DNA of 64,000 nt from Candidatus Latescibacterota bacterium (GTDB lineage: Bacteria; Latescibacterota; UBA2968; UBA8231), in NCBI GenBank assembly GCA_963422735.1, contig OY730476.1:4448001-4512000 (forward strand), given 5' to 3'. The notes under the pieces are model-generated. The model saw only the letters and a list, made by a program, of their open reading frames with translations, was not told the origin of the DNA and made no database searches. Of this stretch, positions 21,119 to 31,055 are shown piece by piece. The translations under genes and the position numbers were made by a program. Numbering within the stretch: position 1 is the stretch's first letter; the number at the start of each line of letters is the position of its first letter.

Positions 21119-22108
21119 TCAGGATTCTGGCTCCACGTCGGCGAGCAGGCGCTGGATCAGGCCGACCGCGCTGATGTTTTGCGCTTCGGCGTGGAAGTTG
21201 ACGACCATGCGGTGGCGCATCACCGGCAGAGCCACGGCACGGATGTCCTCGATAGCGACTGAATGCCGGCCGGCGAGGATGGCCCGCGCCTTGGCCGCTA
21301 AGACCAAGTACTGGGAAGCGCGCGGGCCGGCACCCCAGCTAACCATTTCGCGGATGTAATCCGGTGCTTGGGCGTCTCCGGGCCGGGAGGAGCGCACCAG
21401 CGAGACAGCGTAGCGGACGCAGTGATCGGCCACGGGCACTCGGCGCACGAGCTGTTGTAATTCGACGATCTGCTCGGCATCGACGACCTGGCGGACGGTG
21501 GCTTGGGCGACGCTGGTGGTGGCACGGACGATGTCCTCTTCCTCGCGATCACTCGGATAGTCGATCCACAGCTCAAAGATAAAGCGGTCGAGTTGGGCTT
21601 CGGGCAGGGGGTAGGTTCCCTCCTGCTCGATGGGATTTTGCGTGGCGAGCACGAAGAACGGCTCGCTGAGCTGCATGGTCTCGCCGGCCGCAGTGACCGC
21701 GTGTTCCTGCATGGCTTGGAGCAGGGCGGCTTGGGTTTTGGGGGGCGTACGATTGATTTCGTCGGCGAGGATGACGTTGGCAAACAGGGGCCCGCGGATG
21801 AAGCGAAATGCCTTGCGGCCGGTGTCGATATCCTCTTCGAGTACCTCGGTACCGGTGATGTCCGAGGGCATCAGATCCGGGGTGAATTGGATGCGGCCAA
21901 AGGAGAGCTCGAGCGTGTGTGCGAGGGTTTGGATGAGCGTAGTTTTGGCCAGGCCGGGTACGCCTACGAGCAGGCAATGGCCGCCGGAGAGCAAGGCTAT
22001 GAGCAGTTCCTCGACGATTTGCTTCTGGCCGATAACTACTTGGCCGACCTCGCCGTAGATGCGGTCCCTGATTTGGCCGAGCTGGGCTACGGCCTCGGTG
22101 TCTGACAT
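21119..22108 (-). CDS. moxR: MoxR family AAA+ ATPase
   Basis: GVPGLAKT, RIQFTPDLMPSD, DEINR and ATQNPIEQEGTYPLPEAQLDRF. Confidence 0.96.
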   Translation of the reverse strand: MSDTEAVAQLGQIRDRIYGEVGQVVIGQKQIVEELLIALLSGGHCLLVGVPGLAKTTLIQTLAHTLELSFGRIQFTPDLMPSDITGTEVLEEDIDTGRKAFRFIRGPLFANVILADEINRTPPKTQAALLQAMQEHAVTAAGETMQLSEPFFVLATQNPIEQEGTYPLPEAQLDRFIFELWIDYPSDREEEDIVRATTSVAQATVRQVVDAEQIVELQQLVRRVPVADHCVRYAVSLVRSSRPGDAQAPDYIREMVSWGAGPRASQYLVLAAKARAILAGRHSVAIEDIRAVALPVMRHRMVVNFHAEAQNISAVGLIQRLLADVEPES

Positions 22109-22254
22109 GTACTTCCTTTCAGGACAATGGGTTGGTGAGTCGGCAGAAGGTATGGGCCGAGGGCCGGCTTGGCCAAACAGCCCGGACACTTAGAGGTTTG
22201 GGCTGTTTTATTATCGCCCGGACGTAGAATCACGATGCACTCCTCTACTATATC

Positions 22255-22305
22255 ATCCCTGAAATATCAACTGTGGCATACTGTGGGATATGATATTTCA
22301 GGGAT
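22255..22305. repeat. Perfect 15-bp inverted repeat with a directly repeated loop
   Basis: ATCCCTGAAATATCA-21 nt-TGATATTTCAGGGAT. Confidence 0.85.
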
Positions 22306-22325
22306 CGATCAGCGCAAGTAGGTCG

Positions 22326-22678
22326 TTATGGTATTCCTCTGTTGGCCTCAAGAAAGTAACCACTCCGCTTTCTCAATAGTCGTTTGTGACGTTCAGTCGA
22401 AATAGACCCTATAGAGCCCAGTACGCGATGACGCGGTGACACAGCGAGAAAGCCGAGTCGAATCAGAGATTTTGAGCGCAGACCACTCGACTTGAAATCC
22501 GCGTCAGCAGGAGAAATAATTTCGTCAAATTCCTCGACATACTGACGGGACTGCGTGCTTACACCGCAAAAAGCGTATCTCGATAGAACGGCATCTCCCG
22601 TAGAAAAATGGCAGGTCTGTCCTTTAGCTCCCCATCGGCCTGAGGTACTGGTGTAATAACGACGTCACCTTCCCTCAT
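22326..22678 (-). pseudogene. PemK/MazF toxin, 1-nt frameshift
   Basis: MREGDVVITPVPQADGELKDRPA, then in a shifted frame CGVSTQ..DFKSSGL..SLIRLGFL..IGSIS. The shift falls near a T5 run at about 22570. Confidence 0.8.
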
Positions 22679-22919
22679 AGTCGGGAGTCACCTCTTTGAG
22701 CAACTCCGCTGAATACTCAGGTTCGTTCTCGCCGTAGGTGTCTTTTAGTCTTTGACCAGATAAACGCAGCCAAGCTGCATACTCACTGTCAGATTCTCGT
22801 CTTGGTAGAATAGTGACTATCAGTTTCGCATTCAGTTTCGCATTCGGTTCTAGGTCAAATGGCTCATCCAAGCAAATGCGCTCTCCATCAAAATGGGCGG
22901 GCACAGCTGTCATGGGCAT
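22665..22919 (-). CDS. Putative antitoxin partner of the MazF pseudogene
   Basis: AHFDGERICLDEP...W..LS...YGENEPEY; strong RBS; overlaps the toxin start; carries a 12-nt NAKL duplication. Confidence 0.7.
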   Translation of the reverse strand: MPMTAVPAHFDGERICLDEPFDLEPNAKLNAKLIVTILPRRESDSEYAAWLRLSGQRLKDTYGENEPEYSAELLKEVTPDYEGR

Positions 22920-23017
22920 AGTCAATTCCTCCTTTGAGAAAGCGGTTTCACAGCAGTTCCCTTTCCCCCGTTTGGGTCTTGCGAACTTTTTTGGCTGCCG
23001 AAAAACACACATTGTTC

Positions 23018-23248
23018 CTATCGCCTATTCCAGATTGCTTCTGCGATATTCCGGTTGATGCCCGCCTGAAGCTAGATCGAGCTCAATGTGCCTTGAGGAA
23101 TACTGCGCTTGTTTCGCGGCACGACAACTACGCGATTGTGGCCTCCGTATTCTCCCGCGAAAATGTCTTCCTTGCCGCGCCTAGCGAGTTGTATGCCGAT
23201 CTGGTTTAATATCCAAGCTACATCCCTGCTGGATAGGTTCTTAGGCAT
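23018..23248 (-). pseudogene. HicA-like toxin with an in-frame TAG
   Basis: MPKNLSSRDVAWIL...VVVPRNKRSIPQGTLSSI*LQAGI; stop at 23072-23074. Confidence 0.7.
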
Positions 23249-23519
23249 GTTCGAGTGCCAGCGGGATCGCCTTAAAAGATTGCTCAGAAACCTCGTCCCC
23301 AGAAAATAGGAATTCTTTAAGCTCGTTTATGGGTACAGGCCGATAGATTTCGTCTCGGCGATTCTCAGCAATCATGTACTCAAGATAGGCTTCCGCCGCG
23401 TCTCTCAAGCCTTCCAGCGTTTCTTTTTTATTTTTTCCGCAAGAGGCAATATCCAGCTCGACGCACAGCGAGGCGTACTGATTGCCTTCTTTTTTTATTA
23501 AACAGGTAAGCGGTTTCAC
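23241..23519 (-). CDS. HicB-like antitoxin
   Basis: IKKEGNQYASLCVELDIASCG...EAYLE; GTG start with an AAGGAG RBS. Confidence 0.8.
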   Translation of the reverse strand: MKPLTCLIKKEGNQYASLCVELDIASCGKNKKETLEGLRDAAEAYLEYMIAENRRDEIYRPVPINELKEFLFSGDEVSEQSFKAIPLALEHA

Positions 23520-23557
23520 GGCAGACTCCTTTCCCTTGCAAAATACCATCTTTGCAC

Positions 23558-24817
23558 TCAGGTCTTGCGCTCCTTTTTCTTCGCCGCCGGGAAGAGTACG
23601 TTGTTTAAGATCAGCCGGTAGCCGGGCGAATTGGGATGCAGGGTGAGGTTGGTCGGCGGGTCGTGGACGTGGTGCCTGTGGTCTTCTGGGTCGTGGCCGG
23701 CGTAGAAGGTGAAGGTCCCCTTGCCGACGCGGCCGTGGATGTACTTGACACTGTCGGTGCCTTCTTCTTGACCGAGGAGGATGACCGAGTCTTTGATCAG
23801 CGACTGGCGAAAGGCCGTGGTCTGGCCGAGGAAGCCATCGACGATGTTGGTGTGGCACTGGGTGAGCATCGTCGGCACTGGGTCGTATTTGGCGGAAAAC
23901 TCGAACAGCGTGAAATACTCGGCCTCGGCCGTGCGAACTCGGCGCATGTTGTTCGGCGTGGTGTCGATGTTTGAGAATTCGTACACGAGCGGGTTGGTTT
24001 CGAGCACAAAGTTCTCAAAGGCCACGGTGCGGCTGAAGTCGAGCTTGGCTTGGGCGTTGGGGTCGGCTCCGTCGCCATCGAAGACCGCGTGACATATATC
24101 CACGGCGAGGGCAGTAAGGGCGATATCAAAGGTGTCGGTGGCCGAGCACATGGCGAAGAGGAAGCCGCCCGCCGCCATGTACTCGTAGATCTTGACGACC
24201 ACGGCCTTCTTTTGCTCGGAGACTTTGGCGTAGCCGAGACGGTGTGCCATCTGCTCGTACGCGGCTTGCTGTTCGCGGTACCAACCCTGATTGCTGTAGG
24301 AACCGTAGAACTTGCCGTACTGGCCGGTGAAGTCCTCGTGGTGCAGGTGCAGCCAATCGTAGTTGTCGAGTGCGCCTTGGAGCACCTCGTCGTCCCAGAT
24401 TTTTTCGTAGTCGATTTGGGCGTATTCCAAGGCAAGGGTCACTGCGTCGTCCCAAGGCTGTTTGTTGGGCGGTGTGTACACGGCGATCTTCGGCACCTTT
24501 TCCAAGCGCACGACTTCCATGTTGGACTCGTCAATCTCCGCGTAGATCTGGGCGGCTTGGGCCTCGGAGATGTGCTCGGTGCTGACGCCTCGGAGGATGG
24601 CTTCGCTGGCGATGAGGGCGTGTGCTTCGACGAGGAACGCGCCGCCTCGATAGTTGAGCAGCCACTCGACCGGAATGCCGCGCTCCAAGGTCCAGAAAGC
24701 GAGGCCATAGGCCCGGAGATGGTCGCGCTGGGCAGTGTCCATGGGCACGATAAGCCGCTCGGCACGAACCGGGAGGAGGGCGAGAGTGCAAAGGGCTAGG
24801 GCAAAGAGAATGGGCAT
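23558..24817 (-). CDS. Conserved exported FCB protein (often labelled 'asparagine synthetase B'; glutamine amidotransferase-like)
   Basis: WLLNYRGG, PWDDAVTL, DWLHLHHEDFTGQYGKF, AMCSATD and GHDPED; signal peptide. Confidence 0.8.
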   Translation of the reverse strand: MPILFALALCTLALLPVRAERLIVPMDTAQRDHLRAYGLAFWTLERGIPVEWLLNYRGGAFLVEAHALIASEAILRGVSTEHISEAQAAQIYAEIDESNMEVVRLEKVPKIAVYTPPNKQPWDDAVTLALEYAQIDYEKIWDDEVLQGALDNYDWLHLHHEDFTGQYGKFYGSYSNQGWYREQQAAYEQMAHRLGYAKVSEQKKAVVVKIYEYMAAGGFLFAMCSATDTFDIALTALAVDICHAVFDGDGADPNAQAKLDFSRTVAFENFVLETNPLVYEFSNIDTTPNNMRRVRTAEAEYFTLFEFSAKYDPVPTMLTQCHTNIVDGFLGQTTAFRQSLIKDSVILLGQEEGTDSVKYIHGRVGKGTFTFYAGHDPEDHRHHVHDPPTNLTLHPNSPGYRLILNNVLFPAAKKKERKT

Positions 24818-24821
24818 GGAA

Positions 24822-25661
24822 TCAGCCGCTTTCGCGCAGGTGGCGGAGTCGCTCGATGCGCAGGCGCGTCTCTGGGGCGCGGGCGTCGTGCGGGTGTTGG
24901 AGGAGCGCGGTCTCGCAGGTTAAGAGGGCCTGCTCAACCGCGCCTTGGCGCTCGTAGAGCGCGGCGAGGCCGAGATGGGCGGCGACGATGCGTTCGCCTT
25001 GGGGGAAGTGGGCGATTTGGTGCTGGTACAGGGCCATGGCCTCGTCAAGACGACCTTGTTTCGCACGCAGCTCAGCGCGAACGAACAGGCTCCACTCTAC
25101 GAGGCCCGGCTCGGCGCGATCTTCGAGGTCGGCCCATTGCTTCTCGGCCGCTTCGTTCTGTCCTTGTCGCTCTAGAAGCTGGGCGCGACTGAGATCGGCG
25201 AGGCCAGCGGACGCTGCGTACTCTTCGCAGACGGCGAGCAGGGCGAGGACATCGTTGGCAAAGGCATGGCCCGGGTCGGCAGCACCCAGCGCGGCCAAGG
25301 CGGCTGTAGCTCTGGCAAAGTCGCCGCGGAAGTAGAGCAGTTCGGCGCGGTGGTAGCGGGCCGCGTACGCAGCCGGGCCGCCGCGCTTTTCCAAGTCCGC
25401 CCAAAAGCTATCGGCGCGGTCTAGGTCGCCGAGGCGCAAGCTGCACTCGGCGATTAGCATCAGGGCCGGTGCGGTCCACGGCCCGCGCTGCGGTGCTTCG
25501 ATCACCGCTTGCAAGGCGGTGCAAGCACCCTGTGCGTCATTCTCCATTAACAGGCGCGCTTGCTCGACTTGCGCTTGCAGAGCCTGCCCCGTGCTCGACG
25601 CGGGGGCGGCGGCGGTCGCGCTCCACAGGCCGAGGGTACCGATGAGGGCGGGGATCTTCAC
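24822..25661 (-). CDS. Exported TPR-repeat protein
   Basis: TPR helices; the GTG start overlaps the upstream stop (GTGA). Confidence 0.8.
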   Translation of the reverse strand: MKIPALIGTLGLWSATAAAPASSTGQALQAQVEQARLLMENDAQGACTALQAVIEAPQRGPWTAPALMLIAECSLRLGDLDRADSFWADLEKRGGPAAYAARYHRAELLYFRGDFARATAALAALGAADPGHAFANDVLALLAVCEEYAASAGLADLSRAQLLERQGQNEAAEKQWADLEDRAEPGLVEWSLFVRAELRAKQGRLDEAMALYQHQIAHFPQGERIVAAHLGLAALYERQGAVEQALLTCETALLQHPHDARAPETRLRIERLRHLRESG

Positions 25662-28600
25662 GGGGCTTCGTGCGCTTGCAGGTCTTGGTAGATTTGGTCG
25701 TAGTAGCGCCGGAGCAAGGCGCGGTACTCCTCGGGATAGGGGCCGGCGAGAGCTTGGCGCAGGGCTTCGCGCCACAGGTCGGGCGTCTGCTCGCGATCTG
25801 CGGGCCGGGCAGTCGGGCCGGCGTAGGGCTGGTCGGTAGCCGTGATGCTGCGCCGCTTTTCATCGAAGCCGCGGCTGTGGATGGAGCGGCTGGCGTCGAG
25901 CATGCGCTGGTAGATGCGCTCCTGATTTTGCCGCGTGCGCTGGTTGAGCCGCCCCTGCTGCAAGTCGGCGAGCACGTCCCGCATCTCTTCCCGTATGGCT
26001 TGCACCCGCTGTTGCGCCCCTCGGTGCCCGCGCAGCGAGCGGCTGATCTCGTCGATCGCCTGCATGAGGCCCTGCTGTTGGGCACTGAGGCGCGCGATTT
26101 GCCGCTGTTGTGCAGGGCCTGGCATCTGGCCCATGGCCTGCTCGGAGGCTTGGTTGAGCTGGCTCTGCTGCTCGGAGAGGCCGAGTAGCTGCTGCATGGC
26201 CTCGGCAAAGGCCGAAGGGGTCTGCGCCTTGGCGAGGTTGTCGAGGCTCTCGCGCAGGAGCAGAACGGTCTCGTTGAGATAGCGCATGGCCTTCTTCTGG
26301 GGATTGCGCGCCCCCTGTGCGTTGCGCTGGCCGAGGCGCTGGGCCGCGTCGTGCATCTGGCGCAGGGCGTAGCCGATGGTTGCGCTCAGATTGGGGGTGA
26401 GGGCCAAGGTGCGCTGGCCCACGGCGGCGATGCGCTCCACGACCTGACTGGTGCCTTGCAGGAGCGCGAATTGGTCTTGGGCGCGGGTGTCGGTAAACAG
26501 GCTCTCTTGGCGTTGGGATAGCTGGACGAGGTCGCGCATGGCGCGGCGCAACTCGCGGCTGAGTTCGTCCTTTTCTTCGGCGAGGTACTCGTCTTGAAGC
26601 TGCTGCAAGTCCGCAGCTATCGAGTCGAGGTCTGTGGCCAGAGCCTGCCCGGTCTGCTGGGCCGCGCCCTCGGATTTGGCCCGCATCTGGCGCACCATCT
26701 GGCGCATCCGCTCGGAAAGTGCCTTGCCCTCTATGTCCTCGGCGCGGTGCGCTAGCTGCTCGGCGAGCGCGGAGTTTTGCTCGGCCGTGGAGGTGCTCAA
26801 TTCTTGGAGTTGCTCGGCGAGCCGCTCGGTGTCGCGCTGCAAACTGCCTTCCTGTAGCTGCTGGCGTAGGCCGCTTTGGCCGGCCGCAAGCTCGCGGTTG
26901 ATCTGGCTCTGGCGGCGGGCTAGTTCCGCGGCTTGCTCGACGATGGCGCGAAGCTGCTGCTCGGTCCGCACCTGTTCGAGCAGGGCAATGGTGCGGTCGA
27001 GCCGTTGCTGGAAGGCTTGCTGGTCTTCGTTAAAGCGCTTGAGGGCGTCGGCGAGGGCTTGGGGGTCTGGGTTGCTAGCGGCTTTTTGTAGGTCGGCGAG
27101 GGCCTGCTGCATTTCGGGAGTGGCGATGTCCCCCATGAGCTCGCGGATGTGGTCGAGCTTGTCGAGCAGCTCTTCGGTGCCTGTGTCCTCGGCCTTCATG
27201 GAATCGATGGTTTTCTCCAATGTAGCTGCGAGCTCCTCTACGGCGCGGGTGCGCTCGACTTCGGCCTCAAGCGTCGCTTCGAGTTCCTTCTTTTGCTCCC
27301 AGCTCAACTCCTCGCTTTTGAGCAGCTCGCGGCGCACCCGCTCAACATACGCTTGATGAGCCTGTCCTTCGGCTTCGAGTTCCTCCAAGGAGGATAGTTG
27401 TTCGCCTTGGGCTTGGTCGGCCTCTGAGTAGAGTTCGTACAGGGAGGGGTAGCGCAGCGCGTACTGGCGGCTCTGGCCCTTTTGCGGGCCGAACACTTGG
27501 TTGTTGTCGAGGGCCTCTAGGTGGTAGTAGATGCGGTCTTCGGGCAAGAGGTTGGCGGCTGATAGGTCCCAGATGTGGCTGACGAGCACCTCGCGCTGAG
27601 GGCTGATGGGCAAAGCTCGGTGCTGTTCGGGGCCGTTGTTGACTCGATAGACCAAGGCAATTTTCTCGACGGAAAAGTCGTCACTGGCCTCGGCCTTGAG
27701 CAGCACCTTGAGGGACTCGGGCAGATCGCTGTCGCGGCCGGGATCGACGAGGGCCACTTCCGGCTCTTGGTCTTCGCGCACTTGGATGGTGTAGCGGATG
27801 GGGTCGCGGTTGTGTGCGCCCTTGCCATCGACGAGGGCGATATGGTACGCACCCGTGCGCTCGATTTGGAAGGCGACGCGGGCGGTCGCGCCGTCGAGTT
27901 GGGCGGGTATCGACAAAGTATCGTCAAGGACCAAGGCGGCCTTGGACAGGGGCTTGTTGGCCGCGATTTCTAGGGCGACGCGGGTGCCGGGCAAGCCCTG
28001 TATGTCGCCGCCTTCCTCTTCGATGCGGTCGGGCAGCCGGCTGTAAGCAGGGTACTGGTAGTGCAGGCGCAAGCGCTTGACGGCCGGAGGGTCAATGACG
28101 AGCACTTCGTATTCGGGCGAGCGGTCGTCGCCGACCGCGATGGCGTAGCGGAAGGACTGCTGGACTTGGGGGAAGGTATAAGCGACGGAGTCGGCGCGAT
28201 CAACCACGAGCTCTTCGATCTGGTAGGGTGCTTCTGTGCGCGGGCGGCGCACGATGCGGGCGCGGCGCGGCTTGTCACCGGCAAAATGCACTTGCAGGGT
28301 GGCGTCTTCGCCCTTGATGACTTCGAGGTCGCCAGGTCGGACGGTGATTAGGGTGCGCGGGGGTCGCTCGTATGCGGTAAGGGGATGAGCGCAGCGTTGG
28401 GCGGCTTGGGCGAGGTCGTCGCCAAACAGTGCGCCGCAGAGGAGCGCGACGGCAGCTACGCCGCCAAGTAGGCGCAGGTAGGTACGCAGTGGATCGCGGT
28501 CGAGGATTTTGGACGGATCGACGGTGTGCAAGAGCGCGGCGGCCCGTTCGCTCGCAGCCGCAAGGAGCGCGGGCGAGTGAAGGGTTGGGTCTGCGTCGGA

Positions 28601-28930
28601 TAACTCTAGCGCGCTAATCAGCCGCTGTTGGAGCGGGGGGCAGCGCCTTTCGACGAAGAGGGCGAAGCGGTGCCGCGAGAGGAGAACGGGCATGTGCTGC
28701 CGCAGGGCAAACGCCAGCACCCCCCCGGTACCCAAAAGTGCCAAGACGCCCCAGCCCGTGCGCCAAGGCGGCGAGAGGAAGAACAGGGCTTCGAGCAGCA
28801 CCCACAGCAGGGCGAGGCCCAGCCCGGCGGCTAGGCACAGGGCTACTCCGGAGCCGAGGGCGAGGACTAGGGCGCGGCGGCGCAGGGTGGCTAGACGTAC
28901 GCGAAGGGGTGAGAGTGAGCTATGGTCCAT
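25658..28930 (-). CDS. DUF4175-like membrane protein with Ig domains and a long coiled coil
   Basis: N-terminal TM helices, beta domains (ASDDF..YYHLEALDNN), Q/E-rich coiled coil and YPEEYRALLRRYY terminus. Confidence 0.85.
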   Translation of the reverse strand: MDHSSLSPLRVRLATLRRRALVLALGSGVALCLAAGLGLALLWVLLEALFFLSPPWRTGWGVLALLGTGGVLAFALRQHMPVLLSRHRFALFVERRCPPLQQRLISALELSDADPTLHSPALLAAASERAAALLHTVDPSKILDRDPLRTYLRLLGGVAAVALLCGALFGDDLAQAAQRCAHPLTAYERPPRTLITVRPGDLEVIKGEDATLQVHFAGDKPRRARIVRRPRTEAPYQIEELVVDRADSVAYTFPQVQQSFRYAIAVGDDRSPEYEVLVIDPPAVKRLRLHYQYPAYSRLPDRIEEEGGDIQGLPGTRVALEIAANKPLSKAALVLDDTLSIPAQLDGATARVAFQIERTGAYHIALVDGKGAHNRDPIRYTIQVREDQEPEVALVDPGRDSDLPESLKVLLKAEASDDFSVEKIALVYRVNNGPEQHRALPISPQREVLVSHIWDLSAANLLPEDRIYYHLEALDNNQVFGPQKGQSRQYALRYPSLYELYSEADQAQGEQLSSLEELEAEGQAHQAYVERVRRELLKSEELSWEQKKELEATLEAEVERTRAVEELAATLEKTIDSMKAEDTGTEELLDKLDHIRELMGDIATPEMQQALADLQKAASNPDPQALADALKRFNEDQQAFQQRLDRTIALLEQVRTEQQLRAIVEQAAELARRQSQINRELAAGQSGLRQQLQEGSLQRDTERLAEQLQELSTSTAEQNSALAEQLAHRAEDIEGKALSERMRQMVRQMRAKSEGAAQQTGQALATDLDSIAADLQQLQDEYLAEEKDELSRELRRAMRDLVQLSQRQESLFTDTRAQDQFALLQGTSQVVERIAAVGQRTLALTPNLSATIGYALRQMHDAAQRLGQRNAQGARNPQKKAMRYLNETVLLLRESLDNLAKAQTPSAFAEAMQQLLGLSEQQSQLNQASEQAMGQMPGPAQQRQIARLSAQQQGLMQAIDEISRSLRGHRGAQQRVQAIREEMRDVLADLQQGRLNQRTRQNQERIYQRMLDASRSIHSRGFDEKRRSITATDQPYAGPTARPADREQTPDLWREALRQALAGPYPEEYRALLRRYYDQIYQDLQAHEAP

Positions 28931-29042
28931 AGGGATTAGGCTTGGGATCGCTGTATAGATGTTGCGGTGCGGAGCATGGTTCCGCGTAGCATAGCAGGAG
29001 ATAAAGTTAGCCTAGGGGTGCCCCCGCCGCCAGACGGCTAGG

Positions 29043-30995
29043 TTACCAACTCATTACGTAATTGCCGCTAGTGCCGTTCAAGTAGTCGATAAAGTACCAC
29101 ACCCCGGCGGTGACGAACTGGCCGAGGATCAGGCCCAGAAAGAAGGGCTTGGTCTTCAGATAGAGCCGGGGACCGCCGTATTTCATCACTACTGTCTTGA
29201 GCAACCAGGCCAAAAAGACGCTGAAGAACATGGTGCCGAAGACGGCGCTGATGGGAAAGCCGAGGGGATGGAAAGGCCACCATAAAAATCGCTGCCGCGC
29301 CAGCATGAGTAGCCCCATAACCCCGGCACCAATTCCCGTGTAGCCCCAGTTGGCCCAATTGGGACCCGTGGGAGCGGCAATGCGGGCGGCGGCATTGTCA
29401 AAGGGATAGCGGGCGGCTCCGCCAAAAAAGAACTGGTCGGTATTGATGCCGCCGTAGCGATAGGCTAGGTCGATAATGGCCCAGATCGATGCCCCCAGCG
29501 TCGCGACAATGGCCACCAGCATGGCCCAAAAGACCAGCCGACGGCCTTTGGAGATGGTCTCTTCGACCAGCTTGAGGCCGTTGGCGCAGGAGGCCATGAC
29601 AAAGGTGAGAATGTCCGAGGCCCAGACATAGGTAAAGGCCAAGGCGACGGTGCCAGTGGAGCCTAGGGCGCGGGTGCCAAAGCCGGCGGCGACGAAGTCC
29701 GAGGCGATCATGGGGGCAAAGATGAAGGCCACCCCCCCTTCGGCGACCACGCGGGTGATGCCGATGAAGAGTAAGAAAGCGAGGATCAGGTAGATCGGCG
29801 TGATCCAGGCCGGCAGCCCCGATTTCCACAGCCAGACGCCCATGAATGCAAGGCTACCCAACAGCAGGAAGAAGGCGGTCCGGTAGGAGAGGATCTCATC
29901 TTTGTCGTCGACTTTGGGATTGAGGCCCAGGGCCTTGCCGACGACGGCCTTCAAGTGTCCCCGAGCAGTCCACAGACCAAAGAGCACCAGCACTAGAATA
30001 GCGCCAAAGCCCTGATGCACGACAATGGAGCCGGTATAGGCGCTGTACACGCCGAGGACGGGATCTATGATCTGGAAGCCCAGGATGTTGAAAAGGCCCT
30101 GCTGCATGGTATTGAGCAGATAGAAGAAACACAGGCCAAAAGCGATATCCGGGTTGACGAAATAGGAGAATCCGATCATTTGGAAACTAATGCGCAACGG
30201 AATGTGGATGGTGTCGCGGAAAAGAGATACCGAGGTGTCGAGACTGACCGTGGGCACAAAGGGGAAATAGTGGTTGAGGCCGTTGAGGCTTTGCAGGATG
30301 GCCGGCAGAGCAAAGCCGACCCACATGAGTGGATTGCGGAAGAAGGGCTTGAGCAGTGAGCGGCTGTCCTCATCCCCCTGGATCATGGACAGCGGTACCT
30401 GCACCAAAGGGAAAATCAGGCGCTCGCGCTCAACCCATTGGCGGCGCAGAATGACCATGGAAGTGATCATGGCCAGATAGAGCGCCAAAATAAAAGGCAA
30501 CCAGTAGGCCAGCGGCCGGAGCCACAAATTCCAAGGTATAGCTTGGCCTTGGGGAGCCCCTTCGTAGAAGTGTTGGATGCGGGTGAAGTCGTGATGCGGA
30601 ATTATCCAGTCCGGCACATAGGGTAGGACTAGTTCGTTCCAGTTGTTCTCGGGGGTGGCATAGTAGATCAGGCTGGTGATATCGGGTAGCAAGAAGGCGG
30701 TCAGGCCCCATTCGGGGATGGAGGTGGCGACGATCCACATGATGTAGATCAAGGCCAGCTCGGCCCGGTTCAGCATCCACGAGCGGCGCACGATCCCCAG
30801 GAGGGAATTGCCGCAGAGAATTAGAAAAAAAAAGAGGATGATGGCCGCCGGCGTATTGAAGTAGGAGGCGATGCGCGAGCCGTGCAGCACCATGTTGCAG
30901 TAGGGGATGCCCATACCAATGGCCCAAGCACCGGCCGCGCCGACGAGGAGGGCGCGGAGGCCGGGCCTCTGTGAGGTAGATGAAGTCGCGGTCAA
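29043..30995 (-). CDS. DUF6785/DUF6784-type polytopic membrane protein (putative peptide transporter)
   Basis: RRQWVERERLIFPL, WWPFHPLG, KYGG and PFFLGLILG; many TM helices. Confidence 0.8.
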   Translation of the reverse strand: MTATSSTSQRPGLRALLVGAAGAWAIGMGIPYCNMVLHGSRIASYFNTPAAIILFFFLILCGNSLLGIVRRSWMLNRAELALIYIMWIVATSIPEWGLTAFLLPDITSLIYYATPENNWNELVLPYVPDWIIPHHDFTRIQHFYEGAPQGQAIPWNLWLRPLAYWLPFILALYLAMITSMVILRRQWVERERLIFPLVQVPLSMIQGDEDSRSLLKPFFRNPLMWVGFALPAILQSLNGLNHYFPFVPTVSLDTSVSLFRDTIHIPLRISFQMIGFSYFVNPDIAFGLCFFYLLNTMQQGLFNILGFQIIDPVLGVYSAYTGSIVVHQGFGAILVLVLFGLWTARGHLKAVVGKALGLNPKVDDKDEILSYRTAFFLLLGSLAFMGVWLWKSGLPAWITPIYLILAFLLFIGITRVVAEGGVAFIFAPMIASDFVAAGFGTRALGSTGTVALAFTYVWASDILTFVMASCANGLKLVEETISKGRRLVFWAMLVAIVATLGASIWAIIDLAYRYGGINTDQFFFGGAARYPFDNAAARIAAPTGPNWANWGYTGIGAGVMGLLMLARQRFLWWPFHPLGFPISAVFGTMFFSVFLAWLLKTVVMKYGGPRLYLKTKPFFLGLILGQFVTAGVWYFIDYLNGTSGNYVMSW

Positions 30996-31055
30996 GGGAT
31001 GGGTTGGGGGTCAGGGGACGGCTGCATGGGGAGCTATATTGGCGGGGTGGCGATG

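Noticed and set aside
22560-22580. Programmed frameshift or phase variation in mazF
   Set aside because: The run is only T5 with no clear slippery heptamer; simple decay fits the neighbouring pseudogenes.
23072-23074. TAG readthrough or pyrrolysine recoding in hicA and the HindIII-like REase
   Set aside because: Many intact genes here end in TAG, the REase also has a TAA stop, and no pyl genes are present.
23520-23858. 205-aa ORF as a single protein
   Set aside because: Its N-terminal half is an alternate frame of the upstream gene; the HicB-like part has its own RBS and GTG at 23519.
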